Assembly: GCA_964057225.1 (NCBI GenBank)
Contig: OZ059898.1
Coordinates: forward strand, 806,001-870,000
From: Auanema rhodensis
Taxonomy: Eukaryota > Animalia > Nematoda
Length of the DNA: 64,000 nt
Direction: 5' to 3'
This document shows, piece after piece, positions 1-13,600 of this stretch. The number at the start of each line of letters is the position of its first letter. Within the stretch, counting starts at the first letter, position 1. The position numbers were made by a program, and so were the translations under genes. The notes beneath the pieces were generated by a model. The model did no database searches and was not told where the DNA came from. It saw only the letters and a program-made list of their open reading frames with translations.

Positions 1-3000
1 TTGAAATTTTTCGAAAAAATTTTTGTCAAAATGTTTTTGGAAGCAATGTTGAGTGTACATGGAAACTCAACATACACTAATGCATCATTTTTCAAACGAT
101 CATAACTAATTTTTGTATTAAGCGTTTCTCAATGTAGTATAGTGCATTCGATGCGGATTTTTAAGCTGCGTCGATCTGTGTTATCAGATTTGCGCTAGCT
201 TAAAAATGCACCGAGATATCAACTGATATAAGTTCACACTTATATCCTCGATTTTCACCCTGAAGAATTAATTTTTTTGTTGAATAACATTGTCCATCGT
301 CTTTGCCTTGAAAAAAGGAATCTAAAAACATGTACTTTTTGCTAAATTATTTTGAAATTTTCCGAAAAAATTTTTGTCAAAATGTTTTTGGAAGCAATGT
401 TGAGTGTACATGGAAACTCAACATACACTAATGCATCATTTTTCAAACGATCATAACTAATTTTTGTATTAAGCGTTTCTCAATGTCGTATAGTGCATTC
501 GATGCGGATTTTTAAGCTGCGTCGATCTGTGTTATCAGATTTGCGCTAGCTTAAAAATGCACCGAGATATCAACTGATATAAGTTCACACTTATATCCTC
601 GATTTTCACCCTGAAGAATTAATTTTTTCGTTGAATAACATTGTCCATCGTCTTTGCCTTGAAAAAAGGAATCTAAAAACATGTACTTTTTGCTAAATTA
701 TTCTGAAATTTTCCGAAAAAATTTTTGTCAAAATGTTTTTGGAAGCAATGTTGAGTGTACATAGAAACTCAACATACACTAATGCATCATTTTTCAAACG
801 ATCATAACTAATTTTTGTATTAAGCGATTCTCAATGTAGTATAGTGCATTCGATGCGGATTTTTGAGCTGCGTCGTTCTGTGTTATCAGATTTGCGCTAG
901 CTTAAAAATGCACCGAGATATCAACTGATATAAGTTCACACTTATATCCTCGATTTTCACCCTGAAGAATTAATTTTTTCGTTGAATAACATTGTCCATC
1001 GTCTTTGCCTTGAAAAATGGAATCTACAAACATCTACTTTTTGCTAAATTATTTCGAAATTTTTCGAAAAAATTTTTGTCAAAATGTTTTTGGAAGCAAT
1101 GTTGAGTGTACATGGAAACTCAACATACACTAATGCATCATTTTTCAAACGATCATAACTAATTTTTGTATTAAGCGTTTCTCAATGTAGTATAGTGCAT
1201 TCGATGCGGATTTTTAAGCTGCGTCGATCTGTGTTATCAGATTTGCGCTAGCTTAAAAATGCACCGAGATATCAACTGATATAAGTTCACACTTATATCC
1301 TCGATTTTCACCCTGAAGAATTAATTTTTTTGTTGAATAACATTGTCCATCGTCTTTGCCTTGAAAAAAGGAATCTAAAAACATGTACTTTTTGCTAAAT
1401 TATTTTGAAATTTTCCGAAAAAATTTTTGTCAAAATGTTTTTGGAAGCAATGTTGAGTGTACATAGAAACTCAACATACACTAATGCATCATTTTTCAAA
1501 CGATCATAACTAATTTTTGTATTAAGCGTTTCTCAATGTAGTATAGTGCATTCGATGCGGATTTTTAAGCTGTGTCGATCTGTGTTATCAGATTTGCGCT
1601 AGCTTAAAAATGCACCGAGATATCAACTGATATAAGTTCACACTTATATCCTCGATTTTCACCCTGAAGAATTAATTTTTTCGTTGAATAACATTGTCCA
1701 TCGTCTTTGCCTTGAAAAAAGGAATCTAAAAACATCTACTTTTTGCTAAATTATTTTGAAATTTTTCGAAAAAATTTTTGTCAAAATGTTTTTGGAAGCA
1801 ATGTTGAGTGTACATGGAAACTCAACATACACTAATGCATCATTTTTCAAACGATCATAACTAATTTTTGTATTAAGCGTTTCTCAATGTAGTATAGTGC
1901 ATTCGATTCGGATTTTTAAGCTGCGTCGATCTGTGTTATCAGATTTGCGCTAGCTTAAAAATGCACCGAGATATCAACTGATATAAGTTCACACTTATAT
2001 CCTCGATTTTCACCCTGAAGAATTAATTTTTTTGTTGAATAACATTGTCCATCGTCTTTGCCTTGAAAAAAGGAATCTAAAAACATGTACTTTTTGCTAA
2101 ATTATTCTGAAATTTTCCGAAAAAATTTTTGTCAAAATGTTTTTGGAAGCAATGTTGAGTGTACATAGAAACTCAACATACACTAATGCATCATTTTTCA
2201 AACGATCATAACTAATTTTTGTATTAAGCGATTCTCAATGTAGTATAGTGCATTCGATGCGGATTTTTGAGCTGCGTCGTTCTGTGTTATCAGATTTGCG
2301 CTAGCTTAAAAATGCACCGAGATATCAACTGATATAAGTTCACACTTATATCCTCGATTTTCACCCTGAAGAATTAATTTTTTCGTTGAATAACATTGTC
2401 CATCGTCTTTGCCTTGAAAAATGGAATCTAAAAACATCTACTTTTTGCTAAATTATTTCGAAATTTTTCGAAAAAATTTTTGTCAAAATGTTTTTGGAAG
2501 CAATGTTGAGTGTACATGGAAACTCAACATACACTAATGCATCATTTTTCAAACGATCATAACTAATTTTTGTATTAAGCGTTTCTCAATGTAGTATAGT
2601 GCATTCGATGCGGATTTTTAAGCTGCGTCGATCTGTGTTATCAGATTTGCGCTAGCTTAAAAATGCACCGAGATATCAACTGATATAAGTTCACACTTAT
2701 ATCCTCGATTTTCACCCTGAAGAATTAATTTTTTTGTTGAATAACATTGTCCATCGTCTTTGCCTTGAAAAAAGGAATCTAAAAACATGTACTTTTTGCT
2801 AAATTATTTTGAAATTTTCCGAAAAAATTTTTGTCAAAATGTTTTTGGAAGCAATGTTGAGTGTAGATAGAAACTCAACATACACTAATGCATCATTTTT
2901 CAAACGAATATAACTAATTTTTGTATTAAGCGTTTCTCAATGTCGTATAGTGCATTCGATGCGGATTTTTAAGCTGCGTCGATCTGTGTTATCAGATTTG

Positions 3001-6000
3001 CGCTAGCTTAAAAATGCACCGAGATATCAACTGATATAAGTTCACACTTATATCCTCGATTTTCACCCTGAAGAATTAATTTTTTTGTTGAATAACATTG
3101 TCCATCGTCTTTGCCTTTAAAAAAGGAATCTAAAAACATCTACTTTTTGCTAAATTATCTTGAAATTTTTCGAAAAAATTTTTGTCAAAATGTTTTTGGA
3201 AGCAATGTTGAGTGTACATAGAAACTCAACATACACTAATGCATCATTTTTCAAACGATCATAACTAATTTTTGTATTAAGCGTTTCTCAATGTAGTATA
3301 GTGCATTCGATGCGGATTTTTAAGCTGTGTCGATCTGTGTTATCAGATTTGCGCTAGCTTAAAAATGCACCGAGATATCAACTGATATAAGTTCACACTT
3401 ATATCCTCGATTTTCACCCTGAAGAATTAATTTTTTCGTTGAATAACATTGTCCATCGTCTTTGCCTTGAAAAAAGGAATCTTAAAACATCTACTTTTTG
3501 CTAAATTATCTTGAAATTTTTCGAAAAAATTTTTGTCAAAATGTTTTTGGAAGCAATGTTGAGTGTACATGGAAACTCAACATACACTAATGCATCATTT
3601 TTCAAACGATCATAACTAATTTTTGTATTAAGCGTTTCTCAATGTCGTATAGTGCATTCGATGCGGATTTTTAAGCTGCGTCGATCTGTGTTATCAGATT
3701 TGCGCTAGCTTAAAAATGCACCGAGATATCAACTGATATAAGTTCACACTTATATCCTCGATTTTCACCCTGAAGAATTAATTTTTTTGTTGAATAACAT
3801 TGTCCATCGTCTTTGCCTTGAAAAAAGGAATCTAAAAACATCTACTTTTTGCTAAATTATTTTGAAATTTTTCGAAAAAATTTTTGTCAAAATGTTTTTG
3901 GAAGCAATGTTGAGTGTACATGGAAACTCAACATACACTAATGCATCATTTTTCAAACGATCATAACTAATTTTTGTATTAAGCGTTTCTCAATGTAGTA
4001 TAGTGCATTCGATGCGGATTTTTAAGCTGCGTCGATCTGTGTTATCAGATTTGCGCTAGCTTAAAAATGCACCGAGATATCAACTGATATAAGTTCACAC
4101 TTATATCCTCGATTTTCACCCTGAAGAATTAATTTTTTCGTTGAATAACATTGTCCATCGTCTTTGCCTTGAAAAATGGAATCTAAAAACATCTACTTTT
4201 TGCTAAATTATTTCGAAATTTTTCGAAAAAATTTTTGTCAAAATGTTTTTGGAAGCAATGTTGAGTGTACATGGAAACTCAACATACACTAATGCATCAT
4301 TTTTCAAACGATCATAACTAATTTTTGTATTAAGCGTTTCTCAATGTAGTATAGTGCATTCGATGCGGATTTTTAAGCTGCGTCGATCTGTGTTATCAGA
4401 TTTGCGCTAGCTTAAAAATGCACCGAGATATCAACTGATATAAGTTCACACTTATATCCTCGATTTTCACCCTGAAGAATTAATTTTTTTGTTGAATAAC
4501 ATTGTCCATCGTCTTTGCCTTTAAAAAAGGAATCTAAAAACATCTACTTTTTGCTAAATTATCTTGAAATTTTTCGAAAAAATTTTTGTCAAAATGTTTT
4601 TGGAAGCAATGTTGAGTGTACATAGAAACTCAACATACACTAATGCATCATTTTTCAAACGATCATAACTAATTTTTGTATTAAGCGTTTCTCAATGTAG
4701 TATAGTGCATTCGATGCGGATTTTTAAGCTGTGTCGATCTGTGTTATCAGATTTGCGCTAGCTTAAAAATGCACCGAGATATCAACTGATATAAGTTCAC
4801 ACTTATATCCTCGATTTTCACCCTGAAGAATTAATTTTTTCGTTGAATAACATTGTCCATCGTCTTTGCCTTGAAAAAAGGAATCTAAAAACATCTACTT
4901 TTTGCTAAATTATCTTGAAATTTTTCGAAAAAATTTTTGTCAAAATGTTTTTGGAAGCAATGTTGAGTGTACATGGAAACTCAACATACACTAATGCATC
5001 ATTTTTCAAACGATCATAACTAATTTTTGTATTAAGCGTTTCTCAATGTCGTATAGTGCATTCGATGCGGATTTTTAAGCTGCGTCGATCTGTGTTATCA
5101 GATTTGCGCTAGCTTAAAAATGCACCGAGATATCAACTGATATAAGTTCACACTTATATCCTCGATTTTCACCCTGAAGAATTAATTTTTTTGTTGAATA
5201 ACATTGTCCATCGTCTTTGCCTTGAAAAAAGGAATCTAAAAACATCTACTTTTTGCTAAATTATTTTGAAATTTTTCGAAAAAATTTTTGTCAAAATGTT
5301 TTTGGAAGCAATGTTGAGTGTACATGGAAACTCAACATACACTAATGCATCATTTTTCAAACGATCATAACTAATTTTTGTATTAAGCGTTTCTCAATGT
5401 AGTATAGTGCATTCGATGCGGATTTTTAAGCTGCGTCGATCTGTGTTATCAGATTTGCGCTAGCTTAAAAATGCACCGAGATATCAACTGATATAAGTTC
5501 ACACTTATATCCTCGATTTTCACCCTGAAGAATTAATTTTTTTGTTGAATAACATTGTCCATCGTCTTTGCCTTGAAAAAAGGAATCTAAAAACATGTAC
5601 TTTTTGCTAAATTATTTTGAAATTTTCCGAAAAAATTTTTGTCAAAATGTTTTTGGAAGCAATGTTGAGTGTACATAGAAACTCAACATACACTAATGCA
5701 TCATTTTTCAAACGATCATAACTAATTTTTGTATTAAGCGTTTCTCAATGTCGTATAGTGCATTCGATGCGGATTTTTAAGCTATCCTCGATTTTCACCC
5801 TGAAGAATTAATTTTTTCGTTGAATAACATTGTCCATCGTCTTTGCCTTGAAAAAAGGAATCTAAAAACATCTACTTTTTGCCAAATTATTTTGAAATTT
5901 TTCGAAAAAATTTTTGTCAAAATGTTTTTGGAAGCAATGTTGAGTGTACATGGAAACTCAACATACACTAATGCATCATTTTTCAAACGATCATAACTAA

Positions 6001-9000
6001 TTTTTGTATTAAGCGTTTCTCAATGTCGTATAGTGCATTCGATGCGGATTTTTAAGCTGCGTCGATCTGTGTTATCAGATTTGCGCTAGCTTAAAAATGC
6101 ACCGAGATATCAACTGATATAAGTTCACACTTATATCCTCGATTTTCACCCTGAAGAATTAATTTTTTTGTTTAATAACATTGTCCATCGTCTTTGCCTT
6201 GAAAAAAGGAATCTAAAAACATGTACTTTTTGCTAAATTATTTTGAAATTTTCCGAAAAAATTTTTGTCAAAATGTTTTTGGAAGCAATGTTGAGTGTAC
6301 ATAGAAACTCAACATACACTAATGCATCATTTTTCAAACGATCATAACTAATTTTTGTATTAAGCGTTTCTCAATGTCGTATAGTGCATTCGATGCGGAT
6401 TTTTAAGCTATCCTCGATTTTCACCCTGAAGAATTAATTTTTTCGTTGAATAACATTGTCCATCGTCTTTGCCTTGAAAAAAGGAATCTAAAAACATCTA
6501 CTTTTTGCCAAATTATTTTGAAATTTTTCGAAAAAATTTTTGTCAAAATGTTTTTGGAAGCAATGTTGAGTGTACATGGAAACTCAACATACACTAATGC
6601 ATCATTTTTCAAACGATCATAACTAATTTTTGTATTAAGCGTTTCTCAATGTCGTATAGTGCATTCGATGCGGATTTTTAAGCTGCGTCGATCTGTGTTA
6701 TCAGATTTGCGCTAGCTTAAAAATGCACCGAGATATCAACTGATATAAGTTCACACTTATATCCTCGATTTTCACCCTGAAGAATTAATTTTTTCGTTGA
6801 ATAACATTGTCCATCGTCTTTGCCTTGAAAAAAGGAATCTAAAAACATCTACTTTTTGCTAAATTATTTTGAAATTTTTCGAAAAAATTTTTGTCAAAAT
6901 GTTTTTGGAAGCAATGTTGAGTGTACATGGAAACTCAACATACACTAATGCATCATTTTTCAAACGATCATAACTAATTTTTGTATTAAGCGTTTCTCAA
7001 TGTAGTATAGTGCATTCGATGCGGATTTTTAAGCTGCGTCGATCTGTGTTATCAGATTTGCGCTAGCTTAAAAATGCACCGAGATATCAACTGATATAAG
7101 TTCACACTTATATCCTCGATTTTCACCCTGAAGAATTAATTTTTTTGTTGAATAACATTGTCCATCGTCTTTGCCTTGAAAAAAGGAATCTAAAAACATG
7201 TACTTTTTGCTAAATTATTTTGAAATTTTCCGAAAAAATTTTTGTCAAAATGTTTTTGGAAGCAATGTTGAGTGTACATAGAAACTCAACATACACTAAT
7301 GCATCATTTTTCAAACGATCATAACTAATTTTTGTATTAAGCGTTTCTCAATGTCGTATAGTGCATTCGATGCGGATTTTTAAGCTATCCTCGATTTTCA
7401 CCCTGAAGAATTAATTTTTTCGTTGAATAACATTGTCCATCGTCTTTGCCTTGAAAAAAGGAATCTAAAAACATCTACTTTTTGCCAAATTATTTTGAAA
7501 TTTTTCGAAAAAATTTTTGTCAAAATGTTTTTGGAAGCAATGTTGAGTGTACATGGAAACTCAACATACACTAATGCATCATTTTTCAAACGATCATAAC
7601 TAATTTTTGTATTAAGCGTTTCTCAATGTAGTATAGTGCATTCGATGCGGATTTTTAAGCTGCGTCGATCTGTGTTATCAGATTTGCGCTAGCTTAAAAA
7701 TGCACCGAGATATCAACTGATATAAGTTCACACTTATATCCTCGATTTTCACCCTGAAGAATTAATTTTTTTGTTGAATAACATTGTCCATCGTCTTTGC
7801 CTTGAAAAAAGGAATCTAAAAACATGTACTTTTTGCTAAATTATTTTGAAATTTTCCGAAAAAATTTTTGTCAAAATGTTTTTGGAAGCAATGTTGAGTG
7901 TAGATAGAAACTCAACATACACTAATGCATCATTTTTCAAACGAATATAACTAATTTTTGTATTAAGCGTTTCTCAATGTCGTATAGTGCATTCGATGCG
8001 GATTTTTAAGCTGCGTCGATCTGTGTTATCAGATTTGCGCTAGCTTAAAAATGCACCGAGATATCAACTGATATAAGTTCACACTTATATCCTCGATTTT
8101 CACCCTGAAGAATTAATTTTTTTGTTGAATAACATTGTCCATCGTCTTTGCCTTAAAAAAAGGAATCTAAAAACATGTACTTTTTGCTAAATTATTTTGA
8201 AATTTTCCGAAAAAATTTTTGTCAAAATGTTTTTGGAAGCAATGTTGAGTGTACATAGAAACTCAACATACACTAATGCATCATTTTTCAAACGATCATA
8301 ACTAATTTTTGTATTAAGCGTTTCTCAATGTCGTATAGTGCATTCGATGCGGATTTTTAAGCTATCCTCGATTTTCACCCTGAAGAATTAATTTTTTCGT
8401 TGAATAACATTGTCCATCGTCTTTGCCTTGAAAAAAGGAATCTAAAAACATCTACTTTTTGCCAAATTATTTTGAAATTTTTCGAAAAAATTTTTGTCAA
8501 AATGTTTTTGGAAGCAATGTTGAGTGTACATGGAAACTCAACATACACTAATGCATCATTTTTCAAACGATCATAACTAATTTTTGTATTAAGCGTTTCT
8601 CAATGTAGTATAGTGCATTCGATGCGGATTTTTAAGCTGCGTCGATCTGTGTTATCAGATTTGCGCTAGCTTAAAAATGCACCGAGATATCAACTGATAT
8701 AAGTTCACACTTATATCCTCGATTTTCACCCTGAAGAATTAATTTTTTTGTTGAATAACATTGTCCATCGTCTTTGCCTTGAAAAAAGGAATCTAAAAAC
8801 ATGTACTTTTTGCTAAATTATTTTGAAATTTTCCGAAAAAATTTTTGTCAAAATGTTTTTGGAAGCAATGTTGAGTGTAGATAGAAACTCAACATACACT
8901 AATGCATCATTTTTCAAACGAATATAACTAATTTTTGTATTAAGCGTTTCTCAATGTCGTATAGTGCATTCGATGCGGATTTTTAAGCTGCGTCGATCTG

Positions 9001-9754
9001 TGTTATCAGATTTGCGCTAGCTTAAAAATGCACCGAGATATCAACTGATATAAGTTCACACTTATATCCTCGATTTTCACCCTGAAGAATTAATTTTTTT
9101 GTTGAATAACATTGTCCATCGTCTTTGCCTTTAAAAAAGGAATCTAAAAACATCTACTTTTTGCTAAATTATCTTGAAATTTTTCGAAAAAATTTTTGTC
9201 AAAATGTTTTTGGAAGCAATGTTGAGTGTACATAGAAACTCAACATACACTAATGCATCATTTTTCAAACGATCATAACTAATTTTTGTATTAAGCGTTT
9301 CTCAATGTAGTATAGTGCATTCGATGCGGATTTTTAAGCTGTGTCGATCTGTGTTATCAGATTTGCGCTAGCTTAAAAATGCACCGAGATATCAACTGAT
9401 ATAAGTTCACACTTATATCCTCGATTTTCACCCTGAAGAATTAATTTTTTCGTTGAATAACATTGTCCATTGTCTTTGCCTTGAAAAAAGGAATCTAAAA
9501 ACATCTACTTTTTGCTAAATTATCTTGAAATTTTTCGAAAAAATTTTTGTCAAAATGTTTTTGGAAGCAATGTTGAGTGTACATGGAAACTCAACATACA
9601 CTAATGCATCATTTTTCAAACGATCATAACTAATTTTTGTATTAAGCGTTTCTCAATGTCGTATAGTGCATTCGATGCGGATTTTTAAGCTGCGTCGATC
9701 TGTGTTATCAGATTTGCGCTAGCTTAAAAATGCACCGAGATATCAACTGATATA
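1..9754. repeat. 351-bp satellite array, block 1 (about 28.7 monomers, four of them 275-bp deletion variants)
   Basis: Head-to-tail repetition with period 351 (ttgaaatttt at 1, 352, ...). Deletion junction aagct|atcctcg at 5783, 6409, 7386 and 8363. Confidence 0.99.
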
Positions 9755-10106
9755 TGTTAAGAAATGAGAATATTGTTAAATATATTGATTATAGAATATT
9801 ATGAATGATATTTATAACAACAAAATATCATTGAAAATAACATTTAGAAACGATTGGATTCAATTACGATGAAAGAAAAAGAAGATAAAATTGGTCTTCA
9901 AAAGAATGCTCCCTTGACAATGAAACTACCGTAATCATCTTTTGCAACCAAATTCATAATTTTGGCCTAAAAATTGTATTGTTGTTTTTTTGAAATAAAT
10001 TAAAGGCAGTTTGGGATTCTGTTTTCATTTTTTGTTTGATTATTTCTATTTTTTTTTATAATAAATCGTTTGCTTATTTGATCTTTTTGTTTCCTCTAAT
10101 ATAACT
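9755..10106 (+). repeat. Gypsy copy 1, 5' LTR (TGTTAAG...ATAACT)
   Basis: Direct repeat of 17069-17420, followed immediately by the PBS. Confidence 0.97.
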
Positions 10107-10121
10107 TGGGGGCCGAACTGG
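10107..10121 (+). promoter_or_regulatory. Primer-binding site, tRNA-Pro type (TGGGGGCCGAACTGG)
   Basis: Starts with TGG directly after the LTR and is complementary to ...GTTCGGCCC-CCA, the 3' end of nematode-type tRNA-Pro as I recall it. Confidence 0.8.
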
Positions 10122-10612
10122 TTGTTCAGTTTTTTTTTCGTATTAGTCTGGGTTAAGCGAATAGCTTATACAACCCTTAATCGAATAGATTCTGGTGGTT
10201 TAGTCACTGCTACCCAAATCGGGTTCTGTTTATAGTTTGCCAATTTTATTTAGTCTAACTAAATAAGAAAGGAAAATTATAGATTGTTATTGGTTTCAAT
10301 AGCTCATCAAAGTTTTGTACTGTGGTTACGCATTGTATCCGAGTATATTTACGAGTTATTGGAATTGATAAGATCTGGTGCTAGTGTTTAGGTAGAAAAA
10401 ATTTTTCGGAATTTTCTACCAGAGACATCTCATCATTGTAAACAGAACTTGAGTAGTAGTAAGATTACTGAACACAGATCTATTAGATTGATACAATTTG
10501 CTTATCAGATTGTTCTGATTATTAATTCTAAATACTAGAATTTGATCATAAAATTCCTGCATTAGCAAAATTATTTTGTTTGTAGAGATTCGTATAGCAG
10601 TGCCTATTCGAG

Positions 10613-13600
10613 ATGTCGATTGAGAACGAAACGTTTGAAACAGAACAACTCTGTGAAATGGATTTCGAAAATGTGTTTTCTGAGGTAATCCTTAATTCAT
10701 TAGTGAATCAAACATTTAAGGCTTTGGAGCCTTATAATGAAATGATATATAAAGAGTTCCTTGAAAAAATCAGAAACGCTACTGAAAAAAAAAGAACTGA
10801 ACAAAGAATACTAAAAACCCGCAATTTAGTGAAAAGTAACCTAAAAAGCGAGATTAGAAAAGGAAAAACTTGGGAATTTGTTTATTCAATGCTATTAGTG
10901 ATGAACAACGAAGGTCTGAAAAAACCTTCAGATCTTAGTGATGTTTTAAAGATCAGTAAGAAACGAGCGGAAATAATTAAAGACATAACAGATAATTTCC
11001 AACTCAATGAGAATAATATAGTGCAAGAGTTACTTGTTATTCATGAAACTGTGAAAACTTTATGTGATACTTTTGATTGTAATCTAAAAGAATTGCAACA
11101 GAGAATAAGTAACAGTTGGCAATTTCAGAAATCAAGCTTGAATCAAGAAGATACTGAAACAGCCATGGCAGAAATGATTTTGGATGAGCGAACTAGAGGT
11201 AATTCTGTTGAGAGTGCTGAACTCAAAACAAAAATTAAGGAGCGAACAGTGAGAACACACTCCAAGGAAATAGTGGAAATGGAACCAAATCAACAGGACC
11301 AACACTATCCATACAACTTCAGGGGTACGTCACCTTTACATTATGCTGGATTAAATGCGCAAAACGACGCGTTGTTAGAGATGATAAGAGCACAAATGTT
11401 ACCTGATGTTCCTTATTTTTCTAACGACTCGTTGGAAAAATGGAATCAGTTCATTGAAAGTTTCAATCTCAAGTATCCAAAAGGTACTCTGACGGCCAGT
11501 AGTCGGAAGATGCTGTTCGTTGATAAGCTAAAAGGAGAAGCACGAGACAGATACGACGAACTGCCAGAAACAATTAGAGAGAGTTCGTTAGAAGTTATCA
11601 TCGAAGAACTTCATAAACAGAGAGTGTGTGTTAAACGAACGAGCAGATTAGATGCTATTTCTTCGCTCAAAACTTTACAGTACAATAGTAACAAAACACT
11701 GATTGTTTTCTGTAAAAAACTGGAAGAGACCTCAAGAAAAGCGTACCCAGAATTTCCTACAAGGAAATTATCGTTTTTAAGAGCCCAGATGCTCTATGAA
11801 GCACTCAGAGATTGTTCATGCGCTATTCATCTATTAGAAACCATAGAGAAAAGCGAAGAAGATTTGGTCTATGAAAAAGTTAAAGAGATAGCGTTACGCT
11901 GCGAAAGAAATAAACGTGTTTATGATGAACAGCGAGAGAAAGGGAGAAATTCAAACAGAATTTTACCTAAGCTCAGATATGAAAAAAACCATATCGATAC
12001 GAATAATTATTACACAAATGATCGGAATAGGTACGTGGGCGGAATTAGAGAACCTCCAAGTAGGAGAGAAATAATTTGCTACATATGTAACAAAAAAGGC
12101 CATTCAGCAGCACAATGCTTTGAGAGGAAGAAACCTTCCAACAACTATCCTAAACGAATAGAGAATGTTGAAAAGCATAATGAGCCCGGAATGAGAAATC
12201 AAGCAGAAGTTTGGAATAAAACTATTCAAACATGCAATTCCATAACCAATTCAGAGATAATTGGCGAACAAAGTTTATTATCTATGATAATTTGTGAGAA
12301 ATCCAAAAAAAGAGTCCTTATCGATACAGGATCTCAAATATCGGTGATGTCATCACAAGCACTGGTAAATTTGATGAGTGACGGGGTTGATCTGGATCGA
12401 TCGGTTACTCAAATACCGTGGAAAGGTGATAAATATATTGCCAATGCTTCGGGCACAAAAATGAATTTTGTAGGAGCAATAAGTTGCAAAGTTACGTGTT
12501 TAGAAAGCAAGAAAACTAGTAATGTAAGCTTTTTAGTACAAAAAAGTAGAGAAGAATCTATTTTGTTAGGAACAAATGCCTTAGAAAATTTGGGTATAAT
12601 TTTGAAATTTTATACAAAAGAGGCCGTAGCCTTACAGAGAGTTTTTATACCTGCGAATAAAAGTAGAACGCTAAAAATTTCGTGTGATGAACAGAAAGAT
12701 AGTTTACTAGTGTCGCATAGGCATGATGTACTTACGGGAATCTGTAAAGTGGACAACAATAATTCCACTACAGTAATCGTTGCTAACATGACATGCCAGC
12801 CAACCACAATAAAGAAAGGAGAGATTGTCGGTGAATGGGAGTCCGAGAATTGGACTGAAAAGCTGACTGCACTGAATGACGAATTGAAAACCGAATCAAT
12901 TGATGTATTAGAAATGCGTATGTTAGATCAATACGCTAAACCAACAGATCCGGTTGGAAGAGCAGAAAAAGTCATTGCAGTCTTAGAAGAGAAAAGTGGT
13001 GTAACCTTTGATCCAAAGGTCAAAGACCTTTTAGAAAATTATTCAGCGATATTTGCGTTGGTTGATGCTGATCTGCAGCAAACAAATATTGTCACTATGA
13101 ATATTGATACGGGAGATGCGAGTCCTATTCGTCAAAAAGTACGACCAGTGCCGTTTGGTATAAAAAATGAGTTTAGAGGTATTATAAAAGACCTATTACA
13201 AAGAGGGATTATAGAACCTAGCCAAAGCGCATGGGCAAGCCCTGTAGTCTTAGTAGAGAAAAAAGACAAATCCATCAGACTCTGTATAGATTATAGAGAA
13301 CTGAATAAGGTCTTAAAACTAGATGCTTATCCAATACCAACGATAGATATCATTCTTAGATCGATGAACGGGAAGAAAATATTTTCCACATTTGATCTAT
13401 CGTCGGGGTTTTGGCAAATAAAACTTTCCGAAGAAGATAAAGAGAAAACATCTTTCGTGACCAGCGAAGGATCTTTTCAATTTGTAGTATGTCCTTTTGG
13501 CTTAGCAACTAGTCCACCAACATTCCAAAGAATGATGGACAAAGCTCTGGGAGATTTACTCAAAAGCAATGAAGTTTTTGTTTATATAGACGATATAATG

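Noticed and set aside
1-9754. CRISPR-like array, suggested by regular repeats with dyad symmetry
   Set aside because: There are no unique spacers and no cas genes. Whole 351-bp units repeat and the context is eukaryotic.
10395-10416. Similarity of the Gypsy leader to the satellite A/T-tract palindrome
   Set aside because: Low-complexity and gapped, so expected by chance in AT-rich DNA.
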